Assembly (NCBI GenBank): GCA_028710985.1
Contig: JAQTTB010000002.1
Coordinates: forward strand, 86,750-150,749
Reading direction: 5' to 3'
Length of the DNA stretch: 64,000 nt
Origin: Patescibacteria group bacterium
Lineage (GTDB): Bacteria > Patescibacteriota > Patescibacteriia > JAHJFT01
Shown here: piece by piece, positions 1 to 7,932 of the stretch
Numbering within the stretch: position 1 is the first letter of the stretch
How the letters are laid out: the number at the start of each line of letters is the position of its first letter
The notes under the pieces: generated by a model
What the model was told of the DNA's origin: nothing
Database searches by the model: none
What the model saw: only the letters and a program-made list of their open reading frames with translations
Position numbers and translations under genes: made by a program

Positions 1-85
1 AAGCTAGGCTACCAATATCCGTACGATAAGCTTTTAACGGCCACTAATTCTTAATTTTCAGACCCATTGAGTACCATCCGACAAA

Positions 86-127
86 TTATGATTCATAATT
101 CATAATTCCTTATTCATGATTCCTCGT
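86..127. repeat. AT-rich GATTCATAATTC...TGATTCCTCG repeat unit abutting a minus-strand stop codon; a second copy is at 1812-1845
   Basis: The shared strings gattcataattc and taattc(t)tgattcctcg are seen directly at both loci. Confidence 0.5.
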
Positions 128-128
128 A

Positions 129-704
129 CTAATGCGGCACTAAATACAAAATTTTGGCAGTTTTAATTTCTTCCTGAAGATATTTTTCAAAATCATCCGC
201 GTTGCTGCCGTATATGGCTTCGGTCAATTTTTGCCCCAAAATAAACGGCTTAACCACGTTTTCTTTGTATTCCTCCGCCGTCCAGCCAAAAAGCTTTTTT
301 AAATTCATTTCAAGCTCGTCCTGATCCGTGTCACCGACCGCCCGCTGAAACTCCTTTTCAATTTCATAATCAAAGGCCTTGATCTTCCGTTCCGCGGCCA
401 TCTGCTCCAGCACTTGATTCGCGACCAGCCGCTCGGCCGCGCTTTTGCGTATTTGCCCTTCGGTCATTTCCGAGCCACCCTGTTCCCGGGCAATATTGCG
501 CAGGGTATTCACATTGTCCGCGTACTCGCGATAAAGCACGGGATGGTAATTCACGAACATGGCCGGATACGGCAAGGCACGGGTCATAAAACAATAAAAC
601 GCGTTTGTGCTCCTGAACCCATAAATTCCGATCGCGGTGAGAGCCTTTATCAGAATAATCGCCGCGATCGCGATAATAATAATTTTTTTTGTATCTTTTG
701 TCAT
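129..704 (-). CDS. Membrane-anchored periplasmic chaperone-like protein (SurA N-terminal-domain-like)
   Basis: N-terminal transmembrane helix followed by a helical domain resembling the SurA/PpiD N-terminal chaperone region; there is no PPIase domain. Confidence 0.4.
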   Translation of the reverse strand: MTKDTKKIIIIAIAAIILIKALTAIGIYGFRSTNAFYCFMTRALPYPAMFVNYHPVLYREYADNVNTLRNIAREQGGSEMTEGQIRKSAAERLVANQVLEQMAAERKIKAFDYEIEKEFQRAVGDTDQDELEMNLKKLFGWTAEEYKENVVKPFILGQKLTEAIYGSNADDFEKYLQEEIKTAKILYLVPH

Positions 705-705
705 T

Positions 706-1119
706 TTATGTCCCTAAAAAATATTCGAGCCAGCGCTGAGGGTTGCTTTTTTCTTTTACCGGCGCATCTCCGTTCGCCGAATCCTGCCCAACGGCGACCG
801 GGACCGCGGTTTCTGCCGACGGCTCGGGCATTACAGCCACCGATTCTCCGGGTTTCATTAGTCCGAGTTTAACCCTTGCCTCCTCCTCCAGATAATCGCT
901 TGTCTTTAATTGTTCGGCAAGCTGAAGAATATCCTGATTCCGCACTTCCAAAGCCGTGGCCTTGTCCTCCAGGCTCTTAATTTCTTTATCTATCTCGTAA
1001 TTGCGCACAAATTCGCGCCCGAAACTAAGCGCCACCAGAAAAAGAATGCAGAGGTTAATCGCAAAAAAAGTTTTTAGTCCCAGAATCTGCCTTAATTTTC
1101 CCTGCCGCGGCTCTCTCAT
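706..1119 (-). CDS. Septum formation initiator FtsB/DivIC-like protein
   Basis: Single N-terminal transmembrane helix plus a coiled-coil (EIKSLEDKATALEVRNQDILQLAEQL), in a cell-division context downstream of murE. Confidence 0.55.
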   Translation of the reverse strand: MREPRQGKLRQILGLKTFFAINLCILFLVALSFGREFVRNYEIDKEIKSLEDKATALEVRNQDILQLAEQLKTSDYLEEEARVKLGLMKPGESVAVMPEPSAETAVPVAVGQDSANGDAPVKEKSNPQRWLEYFLGT

Positions 1120-1757
1120 ATATTTTCCTCGTCGCTAAAAAAATCCTTAACCGCTTTTTCTTTTTCCTCGCTTTTAAGTTTCTGCACCAGCGCCTTGATT
1201 TCGCCGATTGTCAGCCGGTCAGTGAACTCTTTGAGCGCGTTTATCTTTTCGTCGCCCGGCGCCTGCGTCCGTGCCTCAAGCTTAAGCTCGTTGATGAGCT
1301 CCTGCAGCACGTGCGGATGGCGCACCTTGCGCACTTCCAAATTCGCGGTTGTGCTAGCCGTCTGTATCAGCACGTTGCCGTAACGTAAAACCGTCTGGCA
1401 GACGCCGTGGATCCGGTATGAAACATCCTGGATGTTTTGGTACGGCGCCACCGAAACCGTACGGTCAAAAAATCCGCGCTGGTCAATGTCAATTACGCGC
1501 TGATCGGTCACTACAAATACATTGTAATACCACTGCACCACCTGCCGCAGGGCGTAAAAGACGCCGAAAACAATCGCCAAGACAAAAATCCCAACGCCCC
1601 ACCAGCCCAGCTCAAAAAGAGGAAACATAAAAAAGAACGGCGCCACCAAAAGCGCGAACGCTATAACCACGCTCGGCCAGTAGGTCAGCGGAAACTGATG
1701 CGCCGCGTAAATTACTTTTTCATCGTCTTTTAAATTTAGTGCTTTTTCCAAACTCAT
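1116..1757 (-). CDS. Membrane protein with a bacterial PH (YdbS/YdbT, DUF304-like) domain
   Basis: Two transmembrane helices followed by a YdbT-like PH-domain pattern (VVTDQRVIDID...). Confidence 0.45.
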   Translation of the reverse strand: MSLEKALNLKDDEKVIYAAHQFPLTYWPSVVIAFALLVAPFFFMFPLFELGWWGVGIFVLAIVFGVFYALRQVVQWYYNVFVVTDQRVIDIDQRGFFDRTVSVAPYQNIQDVSYRIHGVCQTVLRYGNVLIQTASTTANLEVRKVRHPHVLQELINELKLEARTQAPGDEKINALKEFTDRLTIGEIKALVQKLKSEEKEKAVKDFFSDEENI

Positions 1758-1766
1758 AACGCGTGA

Positions 1767-1845
1767 ATAATGAATTATGAATCAGGAATCAGGAATCGCG
1801 ACTCAACGAGATCCTGATTCATAATTCCTAATTCTTGATTCCTCG
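1767..1845. repeat. Imperfect hairpin (aattatgaatcaggaatcagg / cctgattcataattcc) that carries the second copy of the 86-127 repeat and overlaps the 3' end of murE
   Basis: The two arms are reverse complements of each other; the element sits between murE and the PH-domain gene. Confidence 0.5.
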
Positions 1846-3147
1846 TTTTTTTAAAATCTGCCTCACGACTTCTCTATCGTCCCACTTTATCTTGCGTCCG
1901 CCTTGCACCACCATGGCCTGCTCGGCTCCCTTGCCGGTAATCAGCACAAAATCTCCGGGCCCGGCAAGACTGATCGCTTTTTCAATTGCCTCCTGGCGAT
2001 CCATGCGCTTGAACAAATTTTCATCCAGAACCTTGCCGCCGGCCATTGCCCCCTCAGTCACGCGGTTGATAATTTCCATGGGATCTTCGTCGTAGGGATC
2101 TTCGTTCGTGACAATTACATAATCCGCGGTTTCGGCGGCCATGCGCCCGAGAATTGGCCGCCGCGCCTTGTCACGGCCGCCGCCGGCCGAACCAAGAACA
2201 TGAATCAGTTTATTCTTTGGAATTGATTTTAAAAGATGATACAGTTCGGCGAGCGAATTCGGTTCGGGCGCGTAGTCAATCATTACCTTGAAATCCTGGC
2301 CCGCGTCAATGTATTCCAGCCGCCCGGGAATTGTTTTGGCCTGCGCGAGCGCGTCCCGCGCGGCCTCGAGCGGCACTCCGAGCCCGGCGGTCACGGCGAT
2401 TGCCGCGAGAGCGTTGTAAATATTGAATCTCGCCGGCAGAGGCATTTCAAAATCCATGCCCTTAAGGGTAAAACGCGAACCCGCCGGCTCAAGCACCGCG
2501 TCCTCGGCGCGGTAGTCGGAAAAATTTTCCATTGAGTAGGTAATCTTTTTATCCGCCAGAAAATCCAGAAAATAACCCGCGTTTTCGTCATCCGCGTTCA
2601 CCGCGATAATTTTCGGGATGACCGCGCCGCCGATTTTCTTGTTCTTGAATCTTGAAACATGCGCGAATAATTTGCCTTTGGCTTTTTTGTAATTTTCAAA
2701 TCCGTGGTGCGCCTCCAGATGCTCGGGCGCGAGATTGGTAAAAACCGCGGCATCGTATTCAACGCCCAGATGCCGGTGCTGGTCCAGCCCCTGGGAGGAG
2801 GTTTCAATCACTGCGTAGACGCAGCCGGCCTTCACCATGTCGCGCAGCATCTTCTGGAGCCGGAAGCGGCCCGGCATGGTCATCTTAGTGTCATTCAGCC
2901 ATTCCTTGTCCCCCACCTTGAAATTAATGGTGGTGGTAAACCCGGTTTTCGCGCCCGCCTGCTCCAGAATCCGGCTAATGAGATTCACGGTTGTTGATTT
3001 GCCGTTCGTGCCGGTCACGCCGATGACGATAAGCTCGCGCGAAGGATTGCGGTAAATCAAGGCCGCGATACGCGCCAAAATCAAATGGTAGACCCCCAGA
3101 ATTGGCCGCGGTATTAATTTTCTTAATGTATTTAACATCTGCTTCAT
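1828..3147 (-). CDS. murE: Mur ligase assigned as MurE (UDP-MurNAc-tripeptide synthetase) that lacks the canonical N-terminal domain
   Basis: P-loop GVTGTNGKSTT at residue about 43, the NLAPEHLEAHHGFENY motif, and a C-terminal ADYVIVTNEDPYDEDP...ITGKG segment typical of the MurE C-domain (at the DNPR position); only 439 aa. Confidence 0.65.
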   Translation of the reverse strand: MKQMLNTLRKLIPRPILGVYHLILARIAALIYRNPSRELIVIGVTGTNGKSTTVNLISRILEQAGAKTGFTTTINFKVGDKEWLNDTKMTMPGRFRLQKMLRDMVKAGCVYAVIETSSQGLDQHRHLGVEYDAAVFTNLAPEHLEAHHGFENYKKAKGKLFAHVSRFKNKKIGGAVIPKIIAVNADDENAGYFLDFLADKKITYSMENFSDYRAEDAVLEPAGSRFTLKGMDFEMPLPARFNIYNALAAIAVTAGLGVPLEAARDALAQAKTIPGRLEYIDAGQDFKVMIDYAPEPNSLAELYHLLKSIPKNKLIHVLGSAGGGRDKARRPILGRMAAETADYVIVTNEDPYDEDPMEIINRVTEGAMAGGKVLDENLFKRMDRQEAIEKAISLAGPGDFVLITGKGAEQAMVVQGGRKIKWDDREVVRQILKKRGIKN

Positions 3148-3169
3148 TTTACCATGATTTGGCCAATAT

Positions 3170-3197
3170 AAAAACCCCCTTTTTGAACGGGGGCTTT
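3170..3197. terminator. Bidirectional intrinsic terminator, hairpin cccccttttgaacggggg flanked by A and T runs
   Basis: GC stem with the ttgaac loop; belongs to the same hairpin family as the inverted repeats of the DUF559 element. Confidence 0.55.
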
Positions 3198-3207
3198 TAA
3201 ATATTTC

Positions 3208-3393
3208 TTACTTTTTGGCGCCCATGATCCGGAACATGGTTGTGCCGCATTTCGGGCACTTTCCCTTCATCGCGCGGCGTGTCTTTCCGCCCTTGCCCTT
3301 CATCTCAACTTCCTTCGCTTCCGACATATCCTGCTTGGCTTTGCACTTTACGCAATAGCCCTGGACTTTCTCGACTTTGTCTCCGTTTGCCAT
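3208..3393 (-). CDS. Small zinc-ribbon protein (61 aa; CVKC...CPKCG)
   Basis: Two CxxC pairs in a lysine-rich peptide between murE and murD. Confidence 0.45.
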   Translation of the reverse strand: MANGDKVEKVQGYCVKCKAKQDMSEAKEVEMKGKGGKTRRAMKGKCPKCGTTMFRIMGAKK

Positions 3394-3470
3394 AGATTTA
3401 GCTAAATTATTAATAATTTCTTAGGGTTAAATTAACTTATACACATTATAGCACAAATAAGCTCAACCGC

Positions 3471-4907
3471 CTATATTTTACGCACAGCCCGGATAAACTG
3501 CTCGCCACGGTCAAATTCATTGCGAAATAAACCAAAGCTCGCGGCCGACGGTGAAAGCAGGATAATCTCACCTTTTTTGGCAAGCTTTTTGGCGAGATTT
3601 ACGGCCGCGTTCATGGAGTCTACCGTGGACTCAATCTCAACCCGGTTTTTTTTGAGTTCGGCGGACATTTTTGGCGTGGCCGTGCCCTGAAGCAGGACGA
3701 CTTTTTTACAATATTTTTTAAGCGCCTTTGCCCATTCCCCGAAGATGAGCTCTTTGTCCGCCCCGCCGGCAATCAGGATGATATTCTTCTGCACCCCGAG
3801 GGTGCGCAGAGCCGCGATTCCGGCATCCGGCGTGGTGGCGGTAGTATCATTATAATATTTGACTCCCCTGATCTCGCGGATGAGCTCCTGCCGGTCCGCC
3901 AGGCCATTGAACGCGCGCAGGGTTTTCCGCACCGCGACGCACGGCACGCCCATTATTTTCGCTACCGCGAGCGCGGCCAGACTGTTATAAAGATTATGTT
4001 CTCCGCGCATTGCCGCGTCTTTTACTGACGCGACATTACGGACGCGCCCGTCCTCTCGGAAAATCATGCGTCCGTTTTTAACCATGGCGCCGTTTTCTTC
4101 AATGAACGGTTTAAGCGAAAACCAGAAACGCCGGCCAATCACCCGCGCGCCAAACTGCCGCGTATATTTATTATCGCGGTTCAGCACTGCGAAATCGCCG
4201 ACATTCTGATGCGCGAGAATCATTGCCTTGGCTTCGCCGTACTCTTTCATGCCGTTATATGTATTCAGATGATCGCGCATCACGTTGGTGATGACCGCGC
4301 CGTGCGGGCTCATCCGCCCTGCGTTGAGATCTTCAAGCATCCATGAAGAAAGTTCAACCACCGCGACATCCCCGGGCCGGAGTTTGTGCAAAAAATTCAA
4401 CGGAGAAATCTTGATATTGCCGCCCAAAAAAACGCGCCTGTATTTGCGCTTCAGCATCTCGTAGATGAGCGACGTGGTCGTGCTCTTGCCGCGCGTTCCG
4501 GTGACCCCGATAATCCGGCACGGGCAATGGCGGAAAAATATGGTCATGTCGGATTCAATGTGCGCGCCGGCTTTTCTCGCCGCCGCAAGGTATTCGGAAC
4601 TGCGCCGCATGCCCGGATTCTTAACCACAATGTCGGCTTCGCGGAAATCCGATATCCGGTGCTTTCCCAAAACAAACTTAATCTTGAGTCCCCGGAGCGA
4701 GCGCACGCTTTTTGCAAGAAGCGCGGCGGACTTCAAATCCGTCACCGTGACCCGCGCGCCGAGTTTGGCAAAAAACCGGGCCGCCGAAATCCCGCTCCCC
4801 TTCTCATACGACCCCAAACCGGCGATCAGGATTTTTTTATTTTTATATTCTGAAAATTGATTATGCATAATTTGTAATATTACCTGCTCATCTGCGCGGA
4901 CGAACAA
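3471..4907 (-). CDS. murD: UDP-N-acetylmuramoylalanine--D-glutamate ligase
   Basis: N-terminal Rossmann fold (KKILIAGLGSYEKGSG), central GVTGTRGKSTTTSLI P-loop, Mur ligase C-domain. Confidence 0.75.
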   Translation of the reverse strand: MFVRADEQVILQIMHNQFSEYKNKKILIAGLGSYEKGSGISAARFFAKLGARVTVTDLKSAALLAKSVRSLRGLKIKFVLGKHRISDFREADIVVKNPGMRRSSEYLAAARKAGAHIESDMTIFFRHCPCRIIGVTGTRGKSTTTSLIYEMLKRKYRRVFLGGNIKISPLNFLHKLRPGDVAVVELSSWMLEDLNAGRMSPHGAVITNVMRDHLNTYNGMKEYGEAKAMILAHQNVGDFAVLNRDNKYTRQFGARVIGRRFWFSLKPFIEENGAMVKNGRMIFREDGRVRNVASVKDAAMRGEHNLYNSLAALAVAKIMGVPCVAVRKTLRAFNGLADRQELIREIRGVKYYNDTTATTPDAGIAALRTLGVQKNIILIAGGADKELIFGEWAKALKKYCKKVVLLQGTATPKMSAELKKNRVEIESTVDSMNAAVNLAKKLAKKGEIILLSPSAASFGLFRNEFDRGEQFIRAVRKI

Positions 4908-4913
4908 TATCGT

Positions 4914-5364
4914 CCTCCCCCTTTGTTCAAAAGGGGGAGACAGGGGGGGGATTTTTTTCTCTAATCCCCTATCGCCTCGGCAATTTTGTTGACAACCTCA
5001 TCTGGGCTTTTTAATACATCGCCGTTTGAAAAACGCAGCACCCTAAGTTTCCAAACATACTCCAGATATTTATTTCTTTCTTCGTCACGTGTTCTCTGCA
5101 ATTTGTCATAATTATGATGACCGCCATCAACTTCAACCACCAACTTCTTAGACGGACAATAAAAATCAACTATATAATTGCCAATCCTTGTTTGACGAAA
5201 AAATTGCGCGCCATAAACTTGTTTGTGGCGCAATCGAATCCAAAGTGTCATTTCCGCTGGCGTCATCGCCTTACGAAGATTGCGCGCCGTGGTTTTTAGT
5301 TTTGAGTTGTAAGTAGGCATAAAATCCCTCCCTGACCCTCCCTTTTGAACAAAGGGAGGGAACG
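4914..5364. mobile_element. 451-bp unit bounded by 44-bp inverted repeats whose only cargo is a DUF559 endonuclease gene
   Basis: Left repeat 4914-4957 and the reverse complement of right repeat 5321-5364 align at about 80% identity (ccccctttgttcaaaagggggagacaggggggggatttt versus ccctccctttgttcaaaagggagggtcagggagggatttt); the repeats abut the stop and start codons exactly. Confidence 0.5.
4961..5320 (-). CDS. DUF559 / Vsr-like (very-short-patch-repair-like) endonuclease domain protein
   Basis: 119 aa with the YVDFYCPSKKLVVEVDGGHH core typical of DUF559 restriction-endonuclease-like proteins. Confidence 0.65.
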   Translation of the reverse strand: MPTYNSKLKTTARNLRKAMTPAEMTLWIRLRHKQVYGAQFFRQTRIGNYIVDFYCPSKKLVVEVDGGHHNYDKLQRTRDEERNKYLEYVWKLRVLRFSNGDVLKSPDEVVNKIAEAIGD

Positions 5365-5394
5365 TTATATGAATGTCTTAATCAGCTCACCGTC

Positions 5395-5414
5395 ATTCCC
5401 GCGAAAGCGGGAAT
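5395..5414. repeat. Perfect hairpin ATTCCCGCGAAAGCGGGAAT
   Basis: Seen directly; the form ATTCCC-N8-GGGAAT resembles small dispersed-repeat families. Confidence 0.3.
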
Positions 5415-5483
5415 CCAGCCGCTAAGATTAACCAAGACGCGCCGTATTCAAGCGGATTGATTAACGGATGATTTCAAATAATA

Positions 5484-6104
5484 TTAAATCAGATTAATAT
5501 CAATAAGCAAATCCCTCACTCTTTGAAAAATCTTCTCATGTCCGCGAGCGTTTGGATGCAAGCCATCCTCAAAATCCTCGTGATTCAATAAGCTCTTAAT
5601 CTCCGCATATTTTACCCCCTCTACGCTACAGATATCTTTCAAGGCATTATCATACTTAATAACATTATCATCATCATAAAACAATTCCGCATCCCAGGTC
5701 GTTGGCATGGTCTTTTTCTCATCAACTCCGGCCAACCCCACAATTATTGCCCTGCCCTCAATTTTCTTTGCCTGTTTTATCAATTTAAAAATATTCTTTT
5801 TAAATCTCCGTAGCGGGACTTTTGGATTTTTTTTCGCCACGCGATAATAAGAATCATTGATGCCGACGGCAAAAATAATTATGCCGGGGTCTCGCGTCCT
5901 AGCCTCTCCCTTGAATCTTTTTAAAAGTTTGTCCGTATTGTCTCCCGAAATACCAAGATTATAGACCGAAACATCTTCGTAATTTTTAGCACAAAAAATC
6001 TTCAGTCTCTCCGCCCAGCCGCCCTGTTCATAGTCGCACGCTCCCCAGACGATACTATCGCCAAAAACGCAAATATTTTTATCCATATTTTTAAAATTTA
6101 CCAA
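5484..6104 (-). CDS. SGNH/GDSL-family hydrolase
   Basis: Blocks ICVFGDSIVWG, GISGD, GINDS and the DGLHPN catalytic His block. Confidence 0.75.
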   Translation of the reverse strand: MVNFKNMDKNICVFGDSIVWGACDYEQGGWAERLKIFCAKNYEDVSVYNLGISGDNTDKLLKRFKGEARTRDPGIIIFAVGINDSYYRVAKKNPKVPLRRFKKNIFKLIKQAKKIEGRAIIVGLAGVDEKKTMPTTWDAELFYDDDNVIKYDNALKDICSVEGVKYAEIKSLLNHEDFEDGLHPNARGHEKIFQRVRDLLIDINLI

Positions 6105-6762
6105 CTAGATGCGCCCACCTCACAATTATCATTGCTTTAAAAATCTCATAATACATTCTAATGTATTCCCTCAGCCCATTCGTAAACCCGACCTTCTGCA
6201 TCTTGCGCCTGATGGTGAGCCCCGGGCACTCGGCCGAACCGTACTTGAGTTTCCTGGACCGGCAGTAATAATTCATGGCGATCTCGGCCATGAATCCGCG
6301 CCGGTACGCGTCCGGAATATCTTCAAAAACCTGGCGCCGCATCGCCCTCTCTCCGCCGATCAGCGGCAGGATTCCGGAAAGCTTCATCAAAAATTTTCCA
6401 CGGTCGCGCAATCCCACGCACATGGCAAGCCGGCCTTGGATAACGGGTTTTAAAATTGCTTCAATATGCGCGTGGCTGAATCCGTACAAATCCGCATCCG
6501 CGAAAAAAATAATCGGCGCATCGGTGTGCGCCACGCCGTGCGCCATTGCCGCGCCTTTTCCGCCCTTGATCGGCAGCTGATGCGAGATCGTAATTCCGGC
6601 GCGGTTGCCGATTTCATGCGTACGATCGGATGACGCGTCGGAAATCAAAATCACCTCGTCAACAAGCGGCGAGGTTTTCAATGTCTCCAGAATCGGTCCG
6701 ATTGTCTCTTCTTCATTAAACGCGGGCACGATTGCCGCGACCCTAGGCTTTTGACCATCCAT
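6091..6762 (-). CDS. Family 2 glycosyltransferase
   Basis: AAIVPAFNEEETIGPIL and the DAD motif (FFADADL) of the GT-A fold. Confidence 0.7.
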   Translation of the reverse strand: MDGQKPRVAAIVPAFNEEETIGPILETLKTSPLVDEVILISDASSDRTHEIGNRAGITISHQLPIKGGKGAAMAHGVAHTDAPIIFFADADLYGFSHAHIEAILKPVIQGRLAMCVGLRDRGKFLMKLSGILPLIGGERAMRRQVFEDIPDAYRRGFMAEIAMNYYCRSRKLKYGSAECPGLTIRRKMQKVGFTNGLREYIRMYYEIFKAMIIVRWAHLVGKF

Positions 6763-7324
6763 AAATCCTATTTCTTACCAATAAAATAAAGATTATTGAA
6801 ATCAAGGTGAACATTGAATATATAATGAAGACTGCATGAAAACCTAAGAATTGCGCCACATATCCGCCGACAAACGCGGTTATACCCATGGCAAGCGAGG
6901 TAAGCGATCCGTAAATCGCCCAAGTGCGCCCTTCGCTGTATCCGTCGACAAATCTTGTCCAAATCGTGTACCAGCCCGGATAATACAACGCTGCGCCGAT
7001 GCCGTCCACAATCTGCAAAAGAAAATAATGCTCTATACGGTGAATAAAAATATATCCGATCGGCACTAGGCTCATGATAAAAAGACCCAGGACCAGTGTG
7101 ATGAACTCGCGCCGATTGCCGCGTTCGCGGTCATTGAATATGCCGAGCGGAACAATCACCGCGGCCTTCACGAAACAAACAATCATGACGGCGAGTCCGG
7201 CCGCGAATATCGAACCTCCAACGATTTTATCGTTAATAAAAATTGCGATAACCGGCGACACCAGTGTAACGCCGGATAAAAATATCACGTCCGCAATGAT
7301 GAGATATTTTAGAACTTTATTCAT
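6743..7324 (-). CDS. Six-transmembrane protein resembling half of an MFS transporter
   Basis: Six predicted hydrophobic helices; half the size of a canonical MFS transporter. Confidence 0.35.
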   Translation of the reverse strand: MNKVLKYLIIADVIFLSGVTLVSPVIAIFINDKIVGGSIFAAGLAVMIVCFVKAAVIVPLGIFNDRERGNRREFITLVLGLFIMSLVPIGYIFIHRIEHYFLLQIVDGIGAALYYPGWYTIWTRFVDGYSEGRTWAIYGSLTSLAMGITAFVGGYVAQFLGFHAVFIIYSMFTLISIIFILLVRNRIYGWSKA

Positions 7325-7325
7325 A

Positions 7326-7856
7326 TCATTTTCTTAAAGAAACTTCGTACATTATTTCTTCGATCTTGCGAAGATTATTTTTGGCCTGATCATACTTGGT
7401 GCGCAGATATCCGGCCAGATCCAACTGTATAAGCTGGCTCATGATTTCCGTAATCGCATCCTTGATCTTCCGGACGTCCTCAAAATTCTTTTCCGTGGCC
7501 TCTCTGACCGCGCGCCTCACCAGCTCGCCAGTAAAATCCGAAAGCCCGCCGATATAAATTTCCGTATCAACCTGGCGGTCGCGAATTTCACAGACGCAAC
7601 CGCTGTGCAAAAATTCGCCAAATAATTTGGCCTCGCAGTATTCCTCAAGCGCGGCGCGCCACGAACCCTCGTGCCGGAGCGCGGGCATACCCTTTGCCTC
7701 GCGATCCAGACGCGCGAAAATTTTCTCCGCCTGTGCCAAATTCTCCTGCGCCGATTTTACGTCATCGCGGTGGTAGGAAAAAATCGCGCGCTTTGACAAA
7801 TTCAGCGCCTCATTTGAATTTCGCACGACAATCCTCCTCTTTGTTTCGTGCATCTC
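7326..7856 (-). CDS. Hypothetical helical protein, possibly translin-like
   Basis: The ORF-track start at 8012 overlaps the ATPase, so the start is placed at the internal Met (MHETKRRIVV); the family assignment is weak. Confidence 0.3.
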   Translation of the reverse strand, partial: EMHETKRRIVVRNSNEALNLSKRAIFSYHRDDVKSAQENLAQAEKIFARLDREAKGMPALRHEGSWRAALEEYCEAKLFGEFLHSGCVCEIRDRQVDTEIYIGGLSDFTGELVRRAVREATEKNFEDVRKIKDAITEIMSQLIQLDLAGYLRTKYDQAKNNLRKIEEIMYEVSLRK

Positions 7857-7932
7857 GTGCCCGTGCCTTATTTTAGCGAAAAAAGCTTTATTCATAAGAT
7901 GATTTAGAATTATAGCATTTAAATTAAATTTG

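Noticed and set aside
1828-3147. The Mur ligase as MurT (lipid II isoglutaminyl synthase) or CapB/PgsB
   Set aside because: It has no MurT-type Cys4 zinc ribbon or DUF1727 domain. It retains the classical NxxxEHLxxHGxxExY block and a MurE-like C-terminal DNPR-position segment. MurE is favoured, though only an alignment can settle this.
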